Under the pieces are notes generated by a model that saw nothing but the letters and a program-made list of their open reading frames with translations, was not told where the DNA came from and did no database searches. This document shows, piece after piece, positions 1-9,600 of a stretch of 64,000 nucleotides of DNA. The DNA is taken from the NCBI GenBank assembly GCA_964565035.1, contig CAZMCP010000007.1, positions 3,748-67,747 on the forward strand, written 5' to 3'. A program made the position numbers and the translations under genes. Positions within the stretch are counted from its first letter, which is position 1. Each line of letters starts with the position of its first letter. The DNA is from an uncultured Flavobacterium sp. (GTDB lineage: Bacteria > Bacteroidota > Bacteroidia > Flavobacteriales > Flavobacteriaceae).

Positions 1-333
1 ATAGAAACCGTAAAAGGAAGATTAAGAACTGCTCTTGAGGAATTGCAAGCAAATGTTGACGAAAATCGTTTTGAGCAAGAATTGATTTTCTATTTAGAAA
101 AATACGATATTACAGAAGAAAAAGTTCGTCTAGGTAATCACTTAGATTATTTCATAGAAACATTAAACGGAAAAGAGGCAAATGGACGTAAGTTAGGATT
201 CATTACTCAAGAAATGGGTCGTGAGATTAACACTATGGGATCAAAATCAAATCACTCCGAAATGCAAAAACTGGTAGTGATGATGAAAGATGAATTGGAA
301 AAAATAAAAGAACAAGTTCTTAATGTATTATAA
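1..333 (+). CDS. yicC: YicC/YloC family endoribonuclease, C-terminal part (gene starts before the window)
   Basis: DITEEKVRL, GRKLGFITQEMGREINTMGSK and ELEKIKEQVLN motifs; lies upstream of gmk as is typical. Confidence 0.9.
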   Translation: METVKGRLRTALEELQANVDENRFEQELIFYLEKYDITEEKVRLGNHLDYFIETLNGKEANGRKLGFITQEMGREINTMGSKSNHSEMQKLVVMMKDELEKIKEQVLNVL

Positions 334-347
334 CCTTCAGCACTAAT

Positions 348-1238
348 ATGAAGCTCTTTTTTCTAAGTTTTTACCTTTTTATATCTCTGATTTGTTCATC
401 CCAACAAAAAAACATTTCATTCCAAAATATTAAAACTTACGACAAAGTTTTAAAAGGAAACATTAACGGCAAATACGATATTACAATTTATCTAAAAGCT
501 GAAAAATTTTCTGAAGACCACATGTATGCATTCTCTGTAAAGGGTTGGTACTATTATAATAATGTAAAAAAAACAATCCCGTTAGTTGGTGTATATAATC
601 CTACTGAAGGGCTTACATTGTTCAATTTAAGTGATAAAACACTTGAAAAAAAAATACTTGATTTGAATTTCCCAGAAGATGTTATTTGGAAAAAGCTGGA
701 AGCAATTGAAACCATTAAAACATTTAATGAAAAATTTACAATTTCAGATGCTAAAGAAAAAAACACGTGGGTTAATAACTCAAAGAGTTTTTCTCTTGAA
801 ATAAATAATCTCGATGATAGCTTTTTAATCGAAGATTTGAAATTATTAAAGATAGACAAAACAGTAATTAATTTGTCTAAATATTCTATTTACCACAAAA
901 ATTTAGAAATTATTTCTAAAAAAACAAACCCTAATGAAACTAGAATCCTATTGAGTTATGAAGAGATGGGAAATCCTAATATTCAAGGAGTTTGTGGGGG
1001 TGCTGAAGATTTAGGCTACATCATTCTAATTTACAATAATAAAAATGAATTAACTTATATAGACGAAATTGAAATTGACAATTGTAGAGCTTTTATATCG
1101 TCTGAATTGATTAAAACTAATAATACGAAAATACTAAAATATAAAGTTACTGAATCATCTGGCGACAACGAAACAAAACAAACAATTACCATTGACACAG
1201 AAGCTGTAACTCTAACAAAACAAACTACAAATGGATAA
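348..1238 (+). CDS. Hypothetical exported protein
   Basis: 296-aa ORF with hydrophobic N-terminal signal; overlaps the gmk start; no family recognised. Confidence 0.7.
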   Translation: MKLFFLSFYLFISLICSSQQKNISFQNIKTYDKVLKGNINGKYDITIYLKAEKFSEDHMYAFSVKGWYYYNNVKKTIPLVGVYNPTEGLTLFNLSDKTLEKKILDLNFPEDVIWKKLEAIETIKTFNEKFTISDAKEKNTWVNNSKSFSLEINNLDDSFLIEDLKLLKIDKTVINLSKYSIYHKNLEIISKKTNPNETRILLSYEEMGNPNIQGVCGGAEDLGYIILIYNNKNELTYIDEIEIDNCRAFISSELIKTNNTKILKYKVTESSGDNETKQTITIDTEAVTLTKQTTNG

Positions 1239-1806
1239 AGGAGGCAAATTAATCGTATTCTCTGCACCGTCAGGATCAGGAAAAACCACTATAGTAAGAC
1301 ATTTGTTAGGAATTGAAGAATTAAACCTGGAATTTTCAATTTCTGCTGCGACACGCGAGCCTCGTGGACAAGAAGTTTCGGGTAAAGATTATTACTTTAT
1401 GTCTATTCACGACTTCAAACAACATATCAAAGCTGAAGATTTTGTAGAATGGGAAGAGGTATATCGTGACAACTTTTATGGCACTTTAAAAAGCGAAGTA
1501 GAACGCATTTGGGCTTTAGGCAAAAATGTGATTTTTGATATTGATGTGGCTGGCGGATTACGTATAAAACATAAATTTCCTGAACAAACTCTTGCCGTTT
1601 TTGTAAAACCACCAAGTGTCGATGAATTAAAACGTCGTTTAAAAGAACGCTCTACCGAAAGCGAAGATAAAATCAACATGCGTATAGCAAAAGCTCACGT
1701 AGAACTTGCTACAGCTCCACAATTTGACACCATTATCAAAAATTATGATTTAGAAATTGCTAAGCAAGAGGCTTATGAGTTAGTGAAAAACTTCGTGAAT
1801 AAATAG
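1231..1806 (+). CDS. gmk: Guanylate kinase
   Basis: P-loop SAPSGSGKTT, SATTR-like SAATREPR, DYYF and FYGT motifs. Confidence 0.97.
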   Translation: MDKGGKLIVFSAPSGSGKTTIVRHLLGIEELNLEFSISAATREPRGQEVSGKDYYFMSIHDFKQHIKAEDFVEWEEVYRDNFYGTLKSEVERIWALGKNVIFDIDVAGGLRIKHKFPEQTLAVFVKPPSVDELKRRLKERSTESEDKINMRIAKAHVELATAPQFDTIIKNYDLEIAKQEAYELVKNFVNK

Positions 1807-1815
1807 ACTTGTACT

Positions 1816-2397
1816 ATGAAAGTAGGATTATATTTTGGCACTTTCAATCCAATCCATATAGGGCATTTGATAATTGCCAATCATATGGCGGAGCATTCTG
1901 ACTTAGACCAAATTTGGATAGTGGTAACACCTCATAATCCACATAAACAAAAAAGCAGTTTATTAGATGATTACCATCGTTTACACATGGTGCATTTAGC
2001 TACCGAAGATTTTCCTAAAATAAAACCTTCTGATGTTGAATTTAAACTTCCTCAGCCCAATTATACAGTAAACACATTAGTACACTTACAAGAAAAGTAT
2101 CCTACTTATGAGTTTTCATTAATTATGGGAGAAGACAATCTAAACTCACTTCATAAATGGAAAAATTATGAAGTAATTTTAAATAATCACGATATTTATG
2201 TCTATCCACGTATGAATTCTGGTGAAATGGATTCGCAATTTGTTAATCATCCAAAAATTCATCGTGTAGGAGCCCCAGTAATCGAACTTTCCTCTACATT
2301 TATAAGAGAAAGCATTAAAAACAAAATGAATGTTATTCCTATGCTACCTAATAAAGTTTGGGAATACATTGACCATAATTTGTTTTATAAAAAGTAA
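1816..2397 (+). CDS. nadD: Nicotinate-nucleotide adenylyltransferase
   Basis: GTFNPIHIGH (HIGH motif), IMGED, LSSTFIR. Confidence 0.96.
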   Translation: MKVGLYFGTFNPIHIGHLIIANHMAEHSDLDQIWIVVTPHNPHKQKSSLLDDYHRLHMVHLATEDFPKIKPSDVEFKLPQPNYTVNTLVHLQEKYPTYEFSLIMGEDNLNSLHKWKNYEVILNNHDIYVYPRMNSGEMDSQFVNHPKIHRVGAPVIELSSTFIRESIKNKMNVIPMLPNKVWEYIDHNLFYKK

Positions 2398-2399
2398 TT

Positions 2400-3044
2400 A
2401 TGGGGCCAATATTTGCTATTGCGATTCATTTGATACTAATTACAGTTTTGGCTGTTCTCATGTCAATTCCAACATCAACTTTAACTTATGTTTTGAGTAA
2501 AAAAGGCAAAAAAAGAAAAACAATCATAGCTTTTTGCTCTCCATTTATTTGGCTTTACAGCATGTATTTCATTGCATTAATAGGTTCAATATTTGTTTCA
2601 CAAATCAAAAATGTAGACGAAGGGATTGGTGACTATTGGTATGCACCACTTAATGAAAAATATAAAATATCATTTATTGATTTGCCTGAGCAAGCTTATA
2701 TTGAAGATGAAGAGACTGAAATTATTGACGAAATTGATAAAGTACAATTAATTGGAAATAAATTTATTGGAAAAACCTTTAATAATAAATTTTTCCACAT
2801 CAATCTGCAAACTAACAAAGTAACTAAAGTTGAGACAGAGAAAGAACTAAAAATTTTGGTAAAAAATCAAAAATTTAATTTCATCAAAGCTTTCGATTTT
2901 TACAATCAGAGGAGATGGCAGGTTGCCGGCACAAGTTTTATCATTGTTGGTGTTTTATCTTTAATCTTAAGTTCATGTTTAGTTTTGCTTTTTATAAAAC
3001 TAATTTTAAAAGGATTTTCCTTTTTCACAAAACCCAATCCTTAA
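2400..3044 (+). CDS. Hypothetical membrane protein
   Basis: 214 aa with two N-terminal and one C-terminal hydrophobic segments; starts 2 nt after the nadD stop. Confidence 0.7.
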   Translation: MGPIFAIAIHLILITVLAVLMSIPTSTLTYVLSKKGKKRKTIIAFCSPFIWLYSMYFIALIGSIFVSQIKNVDEGIGDYWYAPLNEKYKISFIDLPEQAYIEDEETEIIDEIDKVQLIGNKFIGKTFNNKFFHINLQTNKVTKVETEKELKILVKNQKFNFIKAFDFYNQRRWQVAGTSFIIVGVLSLILSSCLVLLFIKLILKGFSFFTKPNP

Positions 3045-3108
3045 CATTCTTTTACCATTTGTTCCCAAAATTGTTCCGTAATTTTATGACTCATTAAAAA
3101 AAGTAGTC

Positions 3109-4275
3109 ATGACAAACTTCGAATTATACAATCCCACCAACTATGTATTTGGTAAGGGACAAATTGCAAAACTTTCTGATTTAATAGCAAAAGGGGAAAA
3201 AATCTTATTAACCTATGGTGGCGGAAGTATCTTTAAAAATGGTATTTACGATCAAGTAAAAAAGGCTTTGAATGGCTTTGATATAGTGGAATTTGGCGGA
3301 ATTGAACCCAATCCGAGATTTGAAACCTTGATGAAAGCGGCACAAATTATTAAAGACCAAAATATTGATTTCATATTGGCTGTAGGTGGCGGAAGTGTCA
3401 TAGATGGTACAAAATTTATCTCTGCTGCAGTAAAATATGATGGCAATCCAATTGAAATTTTACAAAAACGTATTTTGACAAAAGATAACAATGCTGTTAT
3501 ACCTTTTGGAAGTATTTTAACATTGCCTGCTACTGGTTCAGAAATGAATTCTGGAGGGGTTATCACGATCAATGAAACCCAAGAGAAATTGGCTTTTGGC
3601 GGTAGTGCCTTATTCCCTAAATTTTCAATTTGTGATCCAACAGTAATCGAATCTTTGCCTAAACGACAATTACAAAACGGAGTGGTAGATGCTTTCACCC
3701 ATGTAATGGAACAATATTTAACGTATCCTCACGATGCTCTACTTCAAGATAGAATTGCTGAAAGCATTTTGCAAACCTTAATAGAAATTGGCCCTTCTGT
3801 TGTAGAAAACCCAACCGATTATAAATTGGCTTCCAATTTTATGTGGTGTGCCACGATGGCGTTGAATGGATTAATTCAAAAAGGCGTTCCTTCTGACTGG
3901 GCTACACACATGATAGGTCATGAGTTAACGGCTTTGTATGAAATTGATCATGCACGTACATTGGCTATTATCGGGCCAAATTTATATCGCGTAATGTTTG
4001 ACACTAAAAAAGAAAAATTAGCACAATATGGCGAACGTGTTTTTGGAATCACTACAGCTTCGATAGAAGAAAAAGCTGAAAAAGCGATTGAAAAAACAAC
4101 TGAATTTTTCCATACAATGGGTATGCTAACTCGTTTATCTGAAAATACCGATCAGTTTGAAGGCACTTCCGATTTTATTGTAAAACGTTTCGAAGAACGT
4201 GGTTGGAAAGCTTTAGGAGAAAAACAAAACATCACTCCTGAAAAAGTTCGTGAAATTGTAGAACTGAGTTATTAA
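3109..4275 (+). CDS. Iron-containing alcohol dehydrogenase (YqhD/BdhA-like)
   Basis: FGKGQI, YGGGS, AVGGGSVIDGTK, TLPATGSE, HMIGHELT motifs. Confidence 0.93.
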   Translation: MTNFELYNPTNYVFGKGQIAKLSDLIAKGEKILLTYGGGSIFKNGIYDQVKKALNGFDIVEFGGIEPNPRFETLMKAAQIIKDQNIDFILAVGGGSVIDGTKFISAAVKYDGNPIEILQKRILTKDNNAVIPFGSILTLPATGSEMNSGGVITINETQEKLAFGGSALFPKFSICDPTVIESLPKRQLQNGVVDAFTHVMEQYLTYPHDALLQDRIAESILQTLIEIGPSVVENPTDYKLASNFMWCATMALNGLIQKGVPSDWATHMIGHELTALYEIDHARTLAIIGPNLYRVMFDTKKEKLAQYGERVFGITTASIEEKAEKAIEKTTEFFHTMGMLTRLSENTDQFEGTSDFIVKRFEERGWKALGEKQNITPEKVREIVELSY

Positions 4276-4337
4276 CTAGTGACCTGAGGCTATCGAAGGC
4301 CACTAGTTAAGAAATAGGCTTCGAGAACCTCAGCCTA
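4272..4337. repeat. Inverted pair of REP-like palindromes
   Basis: ctgaggctatcgaag (4284-4298) and cttcgagaacctcag (4319-4333) match 13/15 in inverted orientation; each sits in its own hairpin; a third copy, cttcgataacctcag, is at 5488-5502. Confidence 0.7.
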
Positions 4338-4357
4338 CAGCGCATCGTAAAATTTCA

Positions 4358-4389
4358 AAAGGCGTTCAGGTATATACCTGAACGCCTTT
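4358..4389. terminator. Bidirectional terminator-like hairpin
   Basis: Perfect palindrome aaaggcgttcaggtatatacctgaacgccttt between convergent genes. Confidence 0.75.
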
Positions 4390-4443
4390 CTACTTAACAC
4401 CAAAAACAAAACGTAACTTAACTTAACTTTATATATGTATTCA

Positions 4444-5343
4444 TTAACTTGCTAATTTTCCGGCAGTACTTTTAGCTCTAGCTCTTGGTACTGTTGCTCC
4501 TTGTTTCATATACTGTATAAATCCTCTACCCACAAATTCATAAGTCGTTCCAGATGCATTATGGTATAGACGAATCCTACTATCATTAATAACGGTGAGT
4601 GTAAAAGATTCATTGCCCCAAAAATCATAATCTAATGTTAAAATTTTACTGTAGTAACTTGATGTATTTGAAATACCATATAAACCTGTAAAATCCCAAT
4701 AGATATTATTTACTGATGTCCCAGGTGCATCTTGAGATGAACGGAAATTATTATCACTTCCTCCAGCAACAAACTGAATAAAATGCTCATTATCAAAATC
4801 ATTTAATGCTCCATAATTACTTGTATATACCTTTTCCCAAGCTTTGTATTCTTGTAAAAAATAGTGCAAGTTGTCATAAAATAGTTTATTATAATCAAAA
4901 GAACTTCTTTGGTAACCGTTTAAATAATAAGTTACATTTTCACTTCTACTATATAGTTTAATTCTGTTAGAAGATAATTGATAAACTTCAAGATCGTAAA
5001 CCCCATATATATTATGATATACTCGTATTGCATTAGTAAAATAATCATAACTTCCTATTTGCACTCCAAAACCACCTCCTGTAGAGCCAATTCCTGCTAA
5101 GTTATTATTAGCATACATAGTTCCATTTATAAATGAGACAGTAAAAGCTCTAGTCAAAAAAGGAACATCCCCACTTCCTGTCGTTGCATCATAATCTACA
5201 TACCATAAATCATGACCTTCCATGAGCTGTGGCAAAGAAATTCCATTATCTACATACGTATCTTCAACGTATACATCGGTTACACACGCTGTGAAAAGCA
5301 ACGGTGATAATATGGCTATCAAAAGTATTTTTATCGTTTTCAT
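4444..5343 (-). CDS. Lipoprotein of unknown function with two internally similar beta-rich domains
   Basis: Lipobox FTAC; both halves end in similar motifs (SSNRIKLYS...VTYYLNG and NDSRIRLYH...TTYEFVG). Confidence 0.8.
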   Translation of the reverse strand: MKTIKILLIAILSPLLFTACVTDVYVEDTYVDNGISLPQLMEGHDLWYVDYDATTGSGDVPFLTRAFTVSFINGTMYANNNLAGIGSTGGGFGVQIGSYDYFTNAIRVYHNIYGVYDLEVYQLSSNRIKLYSRSENVTYYLNGYQRSSFDYNKLFYDNLHYFLQEYKAWEKVYTSNYGALNDFDNEHFIQFVAGGSDNNFRSSQDAPGTSVNNIYWDFTGLYGISNTSSYYSKILTLDYDFWGNESFTLTVINDSRIRLYHNASGTTYEFVGRGFIQYMKQGATVPRARAKSTAGKLAS

Positions 5344-5376
5344 GACTTCTGTTTTTTATAGTTTCATAACTAACAA

Positions 5377-5393
5377 TTCAATATGCGTGCCAA
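5377..5393 (-). promoter_or_regulatory. Sigma-54-type (-24/-12) promoter candidate
   Basis: Minus strand TTGGCACGCATATTGAA fits TGGCACG-N4-TTG; about 34 nt upstream of the ATG at 5343. Confidence 0.6.
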
Positions 5394-5451
5394 AAATTTT
5401 ATACCTTTGATTTTTCTTTTATAAAAACGTCGTTAAGACTTTTATTTTAGA

Positions 5452-5538
5452 AGCTTTTTCCCGCTATACGCTATATCTTTTGGGCCACTTCGATAACCTC
5501 AGTCGCCTCAAAAGGATACCGCTGCTATCGGGGCTAAA
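5452..5538 (+). repeat. MITE-like dispersed repeat (copy 1) containing a REP-like palindrome
   Basis: Ends agctttttcccgctatacgctatatctttt and aaaaggataccgctgctatcggggctaaa resemble the ends of the inverted copy at 37524-37663. Confidence 0.65.
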
Positions 5539-5547
5539 AAATTAATT

Positions 5548-6543
5548 ATGACTGAAAAACCAAAATTTGCCGTTATAGGTGGTGGTAGTTGGGCCACTGC
5601 CATTGTAAAAATGCTAACAATGAATGTTAGCCAAGTAAATTGGTACATGAGAAGTGTATATGCTATAGAACATTTAAAACTTCACAAACACAACCCAAAT
5701 TATTTAAGTTCGGTAGAATTTGATATTAAAAAGTTAAATCTAACTAATGACATTAATGAAGCAGTTAAGGATGCCGATTATGTAATTTTTGCAATTCCAT
5801 CTGCATTTTTAAATGGAGAACTTCAAAACTTAACCGAAGATTTACAAGGAAAAGTGATTTTCTCGGCTATTAAAGGTATTGTTCCCGAAACCAGTATGAT
5901 TGTGGGCGAACACTTCCACAAAAATTACAATATAGATTACGAAAATATTGGTGTTATAACTGGACCTTGTCACGCCGAAGAAGTTGCTCTTGAACGCTTG
6001 TCATATTTGACCATTGCTTGTGGAGATGCTGCCAAAGCTAAAATAATGGCAAAAAACCTATCAAGTTATTTTATAAAAACCAAAACTACAGATGACATTA
6101 TCGGTACAGAATATGCAGCAGTATTAAAAAATATTTATTCAATTGCAGCAGGTATAGCTCATGGTTTGGGTTATGGTGATAACTTCCAAGCTGTTTTGAT
6201 GAGTAATGCTATTCGTGAGATGAAACGATTCATCAAAAAAGTACATAAAATGAAACGTAACATCAATAATTCGGCATATTTAGGAGACTTATTAGTAACT
6301 GGTTATTCTGTCTTCTCCAGAAACAGAATGTTTGGTAATATGATTGGTAAAGGCTACACCGTAAAATCGGCACAAATGGAAATGAGCATGGTCGCCGAAG
6401 GATACTATGCTGCTAAAAGCGCATGGAATCTTAACAAAGAATATAAAGCTAAAACTCCCATCCTAGATGCAGTATACGAAGTATTATATGAAGGAAAAGA
6501 GGCAAAACAGTCATTCAAAAAACTAACTGATAAATTGAATTAG
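5548..6543 (+). CDS. gpsA: NAD(P)H-dependent glycerol-3-phosphate dehydrogenase
   Basis: GGGSWATA, SAIKG, GPCHAEEV, LKNIYSIAAG, GDLLVT, SRNR motifs. Confidence 0.96.
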   Translation: MTEKPKFAVIGGGSWATAIVKMLTMNVSQVNWYMRSVYAIEHLKLHKHNPNYLSSVEFDIKKLNLTNDINEAVKDADYVIFAIPSAFLNGELQNLTEDLQGKVIFSAIKGIVPETSMIVGEHFHKNYNIDYENIGVITGPCHAEEVALERLSYLTIACGDAAKAKIMAKNLSSYFIKTKTTDDIIGTEYAAVLKNIYSIAAGIAHGLGYGDNFQAVLMSNAIREMKRFIKKVHKMKRNINNSAYLGDLLVTGYSVFSRNRMFGNMIGKGYTVKSAQMEMSMVAEGYYAAKSAWNLNKEYKAKTPILDAVYEVLYEGKEAKQSFKKLTDKLN

Positions 6544-6544
6544 T

Positions 6545-6581
6545 AAAAAAGAAGAGCGTTCAATAACTCTCTTCTTTTTTT
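6545..6581. terminator. Bidirectional intrinsic terminator
   Basis: aaaaaagaagag...ctcttcttttttt between convergent genes. Confidence 0.7.
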
Positions 6582-6690
6582 ATAAACAAATTAATTCCAA
6601 CCATTATCTAATAAGAAGCAAGAGTAATGATAATGAAAAGGCCGCCAGACAATGTCAAAACGACCTCTTCCCCCATGAAAATTGATAAAT

Positions 6691-9600
6691 TTATTCTCTA
6701 CTTCGTACAACCATTTTTCGTACATATGTTTTCCCTTCAGTATCAGTAATTTTAAGAATATATAACCCTTTAAATTCAATTGGCATATCCATTCGTATCT
6801 CCTCAGAAAAACCAAAATCTTTAGACAAAACAACATTTCCTTGAAGTGTCAATACCTCAGCACTTTTAATTTGTTTCATAGTGAATTCTTCTCCTTTTTG
6901 ATGTTTTAAACTTATGTAAGCCACATCATTTACTGGATTTGGATACAATACAACTGTAACCATTTCTTGTTCACTAAGTTTTGATTGTATGGTATTGAGT
7001 ACTGTGTTTGTTGATAAGGGCTCATTCAAATCAAACTGAATAGTTGCTTTATTAACAATTTTAGTTTCTGCCTCTAAACCTTTATAAGGAGTAATAGAAA
7101 AAGTTACATATCCTTGACCTTTATCTTTGTCTTCTAAAGAAGAAGGCAAATTAATGGAGTCAAATACGAATTTTAAATTATTACCTGCGATTTCAGTTTT
7201 TAGATTATCGTGGCTTGTCGATATGATTTTAATTGTGCTAACATCTAACTCTTTAGGCAACATATCTACAATCTCTACATTTTGGGCTACAAAATTTCCT
7301 ATATTTTCGAAACGAACAGTATATGTCAAAACTTGGTTTGGTAAAACATATCCTTCTTGTCCATATCCTTTTGGTGAAACCAAAATATCATTAGGATCGA
7401 TAGCTCCATACACTATATATTTTTGTGTGATTACATTATCATCAGGAGTGCAATCTGTTTGAGAAGTTAGAATTTCTCCTTTAAAAGTTAATTCATCACC
7501 AATTTGGGTAGTAGCATCATTACTTGTTGTAAAACTAATTACTTTATTCTCTAAAGGATTAAGATTATTTATCAACCATGAATAACGATTAAAGCTTTTT
7601 CCGTTGTCTGTAAAACTTTGTTGTTGTTGTATTGTTTGAGAAACATTTTGAATACTAATCGTTGATGGAACTATAAAATTTACTAAACTATTGCTTACTA
7701 CTTCCCGTGATTGGTTAGATGCTACAATTTTAAATTGATTATTTGTATATCCTTTTCTAATTGCTGTACCTCCCATTGTAACTCTAACATCTTTTTCTGC
7801 ACAAACAGGTACTGCTGCAATATAAATTGTATCGTTAACCGTATAATTTTCTAAGTTAAAATCAACACCTATCCCTTCCTGTATACCATTTTCAGCTAAG
7901 ACCTTAAGATTAACATTATTTTGAGTTGCATAAAAAGAAAATACTCCATTTTCATTTGAATAGGACTTAGTCTCTAGAGGATCTATTTGTATTCCTGCTC
8001 TTGAAATAACAGGTTCCGCATCCTGCTTGTTGGTATCTTCATTAATATCTAAGAATACCACTCCAGTTACTTTTCTTTGAACATTTTCAGTAATTTCTAG
8101 TATTTGATTTACATTTACTGCATTAAAATTTTGAACAATACCACTAGGCCACTTTACAACTATCGAATCAACAACTCCAGCGACAGACAAACCAAAATGC
8201 TGAGTATAACTACTTTGCCCACCAAATCCACTTTGACTGTTCACTTCTCTCATTTGAGTAATCTGATTAGCTGTTACAAAAACTTTTGCTCCAATTGCTG
8301 ATCCATTACTTACCGTTGCATTCAAATTGATTTCCAACCAGTTATTTGTATTTCCATTATTCTTAAAAACATAATTTTTTTGGTTTGAATGAGTTGCAAC
8401 AGCTAAATCTAAATCTCCATCATGATCATAATCACTCCATGCATGTCCAAATGATAATCCAAAATTATAAGTAATCATTTCTTCTCTGTTTTCTGAAAAA
8501 TTTCCTTGACCATCATTAAAATAAAGATACTTTCTGATACGATCATTAGATACATATAAATCCAGATCTCCATCATTGTCAATGTCAGCAAAACTACAAC
8601 CGTGTGAACTTCCTCCTTGATTGACAATCGAATTGGTTATTTTTTCAAATATCCCTCCGCCTAAATTTTTATATAAAAAATTAGTTACCGAATTAGAATT
8701 AGCAACAAACAAATCTAGATCTCCATCGTTATCTATATCGCCCCAACAACTACCAACAGATTTTCCTCCATCTTGACTTACAATTGAATTAGATTTAGAA
8801 AAAATACCGTTTCCATTATTGTGAAACAATGAGTTTTTATTTCCTTGACCATTTGGTACAAACAAATCCATTAAACCATCTTGATCATAATCGGCCCAAG
8901 TTGGCCCTAAAGAAGAATTAGCTTCAAGTGAAACTGTTCCAGAAATGTCTTTTGTAAAATCCCCATTGCTATTGTTTTTGTGCAATTCATTGTATTTTGT
9001 TGGAAAATAATTACACATAAAAACATCTACTTTATTGTCGTTATCACAATCAGCAAAAGCGCCTCCATGATAATATGAAATATCCTGAGTAAATGATTTT
9101 GAGTTATCTACAACTAAGGTTCCGTTTTCATTTTTATAAAAACGATTAGGATTGCGCCCGTTATTTAAAACCAATAAATCCTCATCTCCATCATTATCTA
9201 CATCAGCCCAAGTATTACTCATAGACACGCCATCCTCTGGAAGAGTTTGTCCAGCATAAAACCCTCCATTTGTATTGTTCATATAAATAAGATTAGGAGC
9301 TGTTAAACCCATATCCGTTAAATATAAGTCATCATATCCGTCTTTATTAATATCAATCCAGCTTATTGTCCAAGAATTAGTATTTTTTGAATCTAAAAGA
9401 ACATCTTCTAATTTAGAAAATAATAGATTTGAAGTATTTGTTGTTTGAACAGAAACTGATTTTGCAATGGTGGATTGCTGAATTTCACCACCTACTTTGC
9501 CTGTAATAATTGTTTCGACAGTTGCGTTTAACGTTGTACCTACTAATTCTCCATTATTAGCACCAACAATGGCCTTTACAGTAGTCTCAACTCTATACTC

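Noticed and set aside
4272-5538. Possible CRISPR or tRNA among the short palindromes
   Set aside because: No regular repeat-spacer periodicity, no cas genes and no cloverleaf with conserved T or D loops
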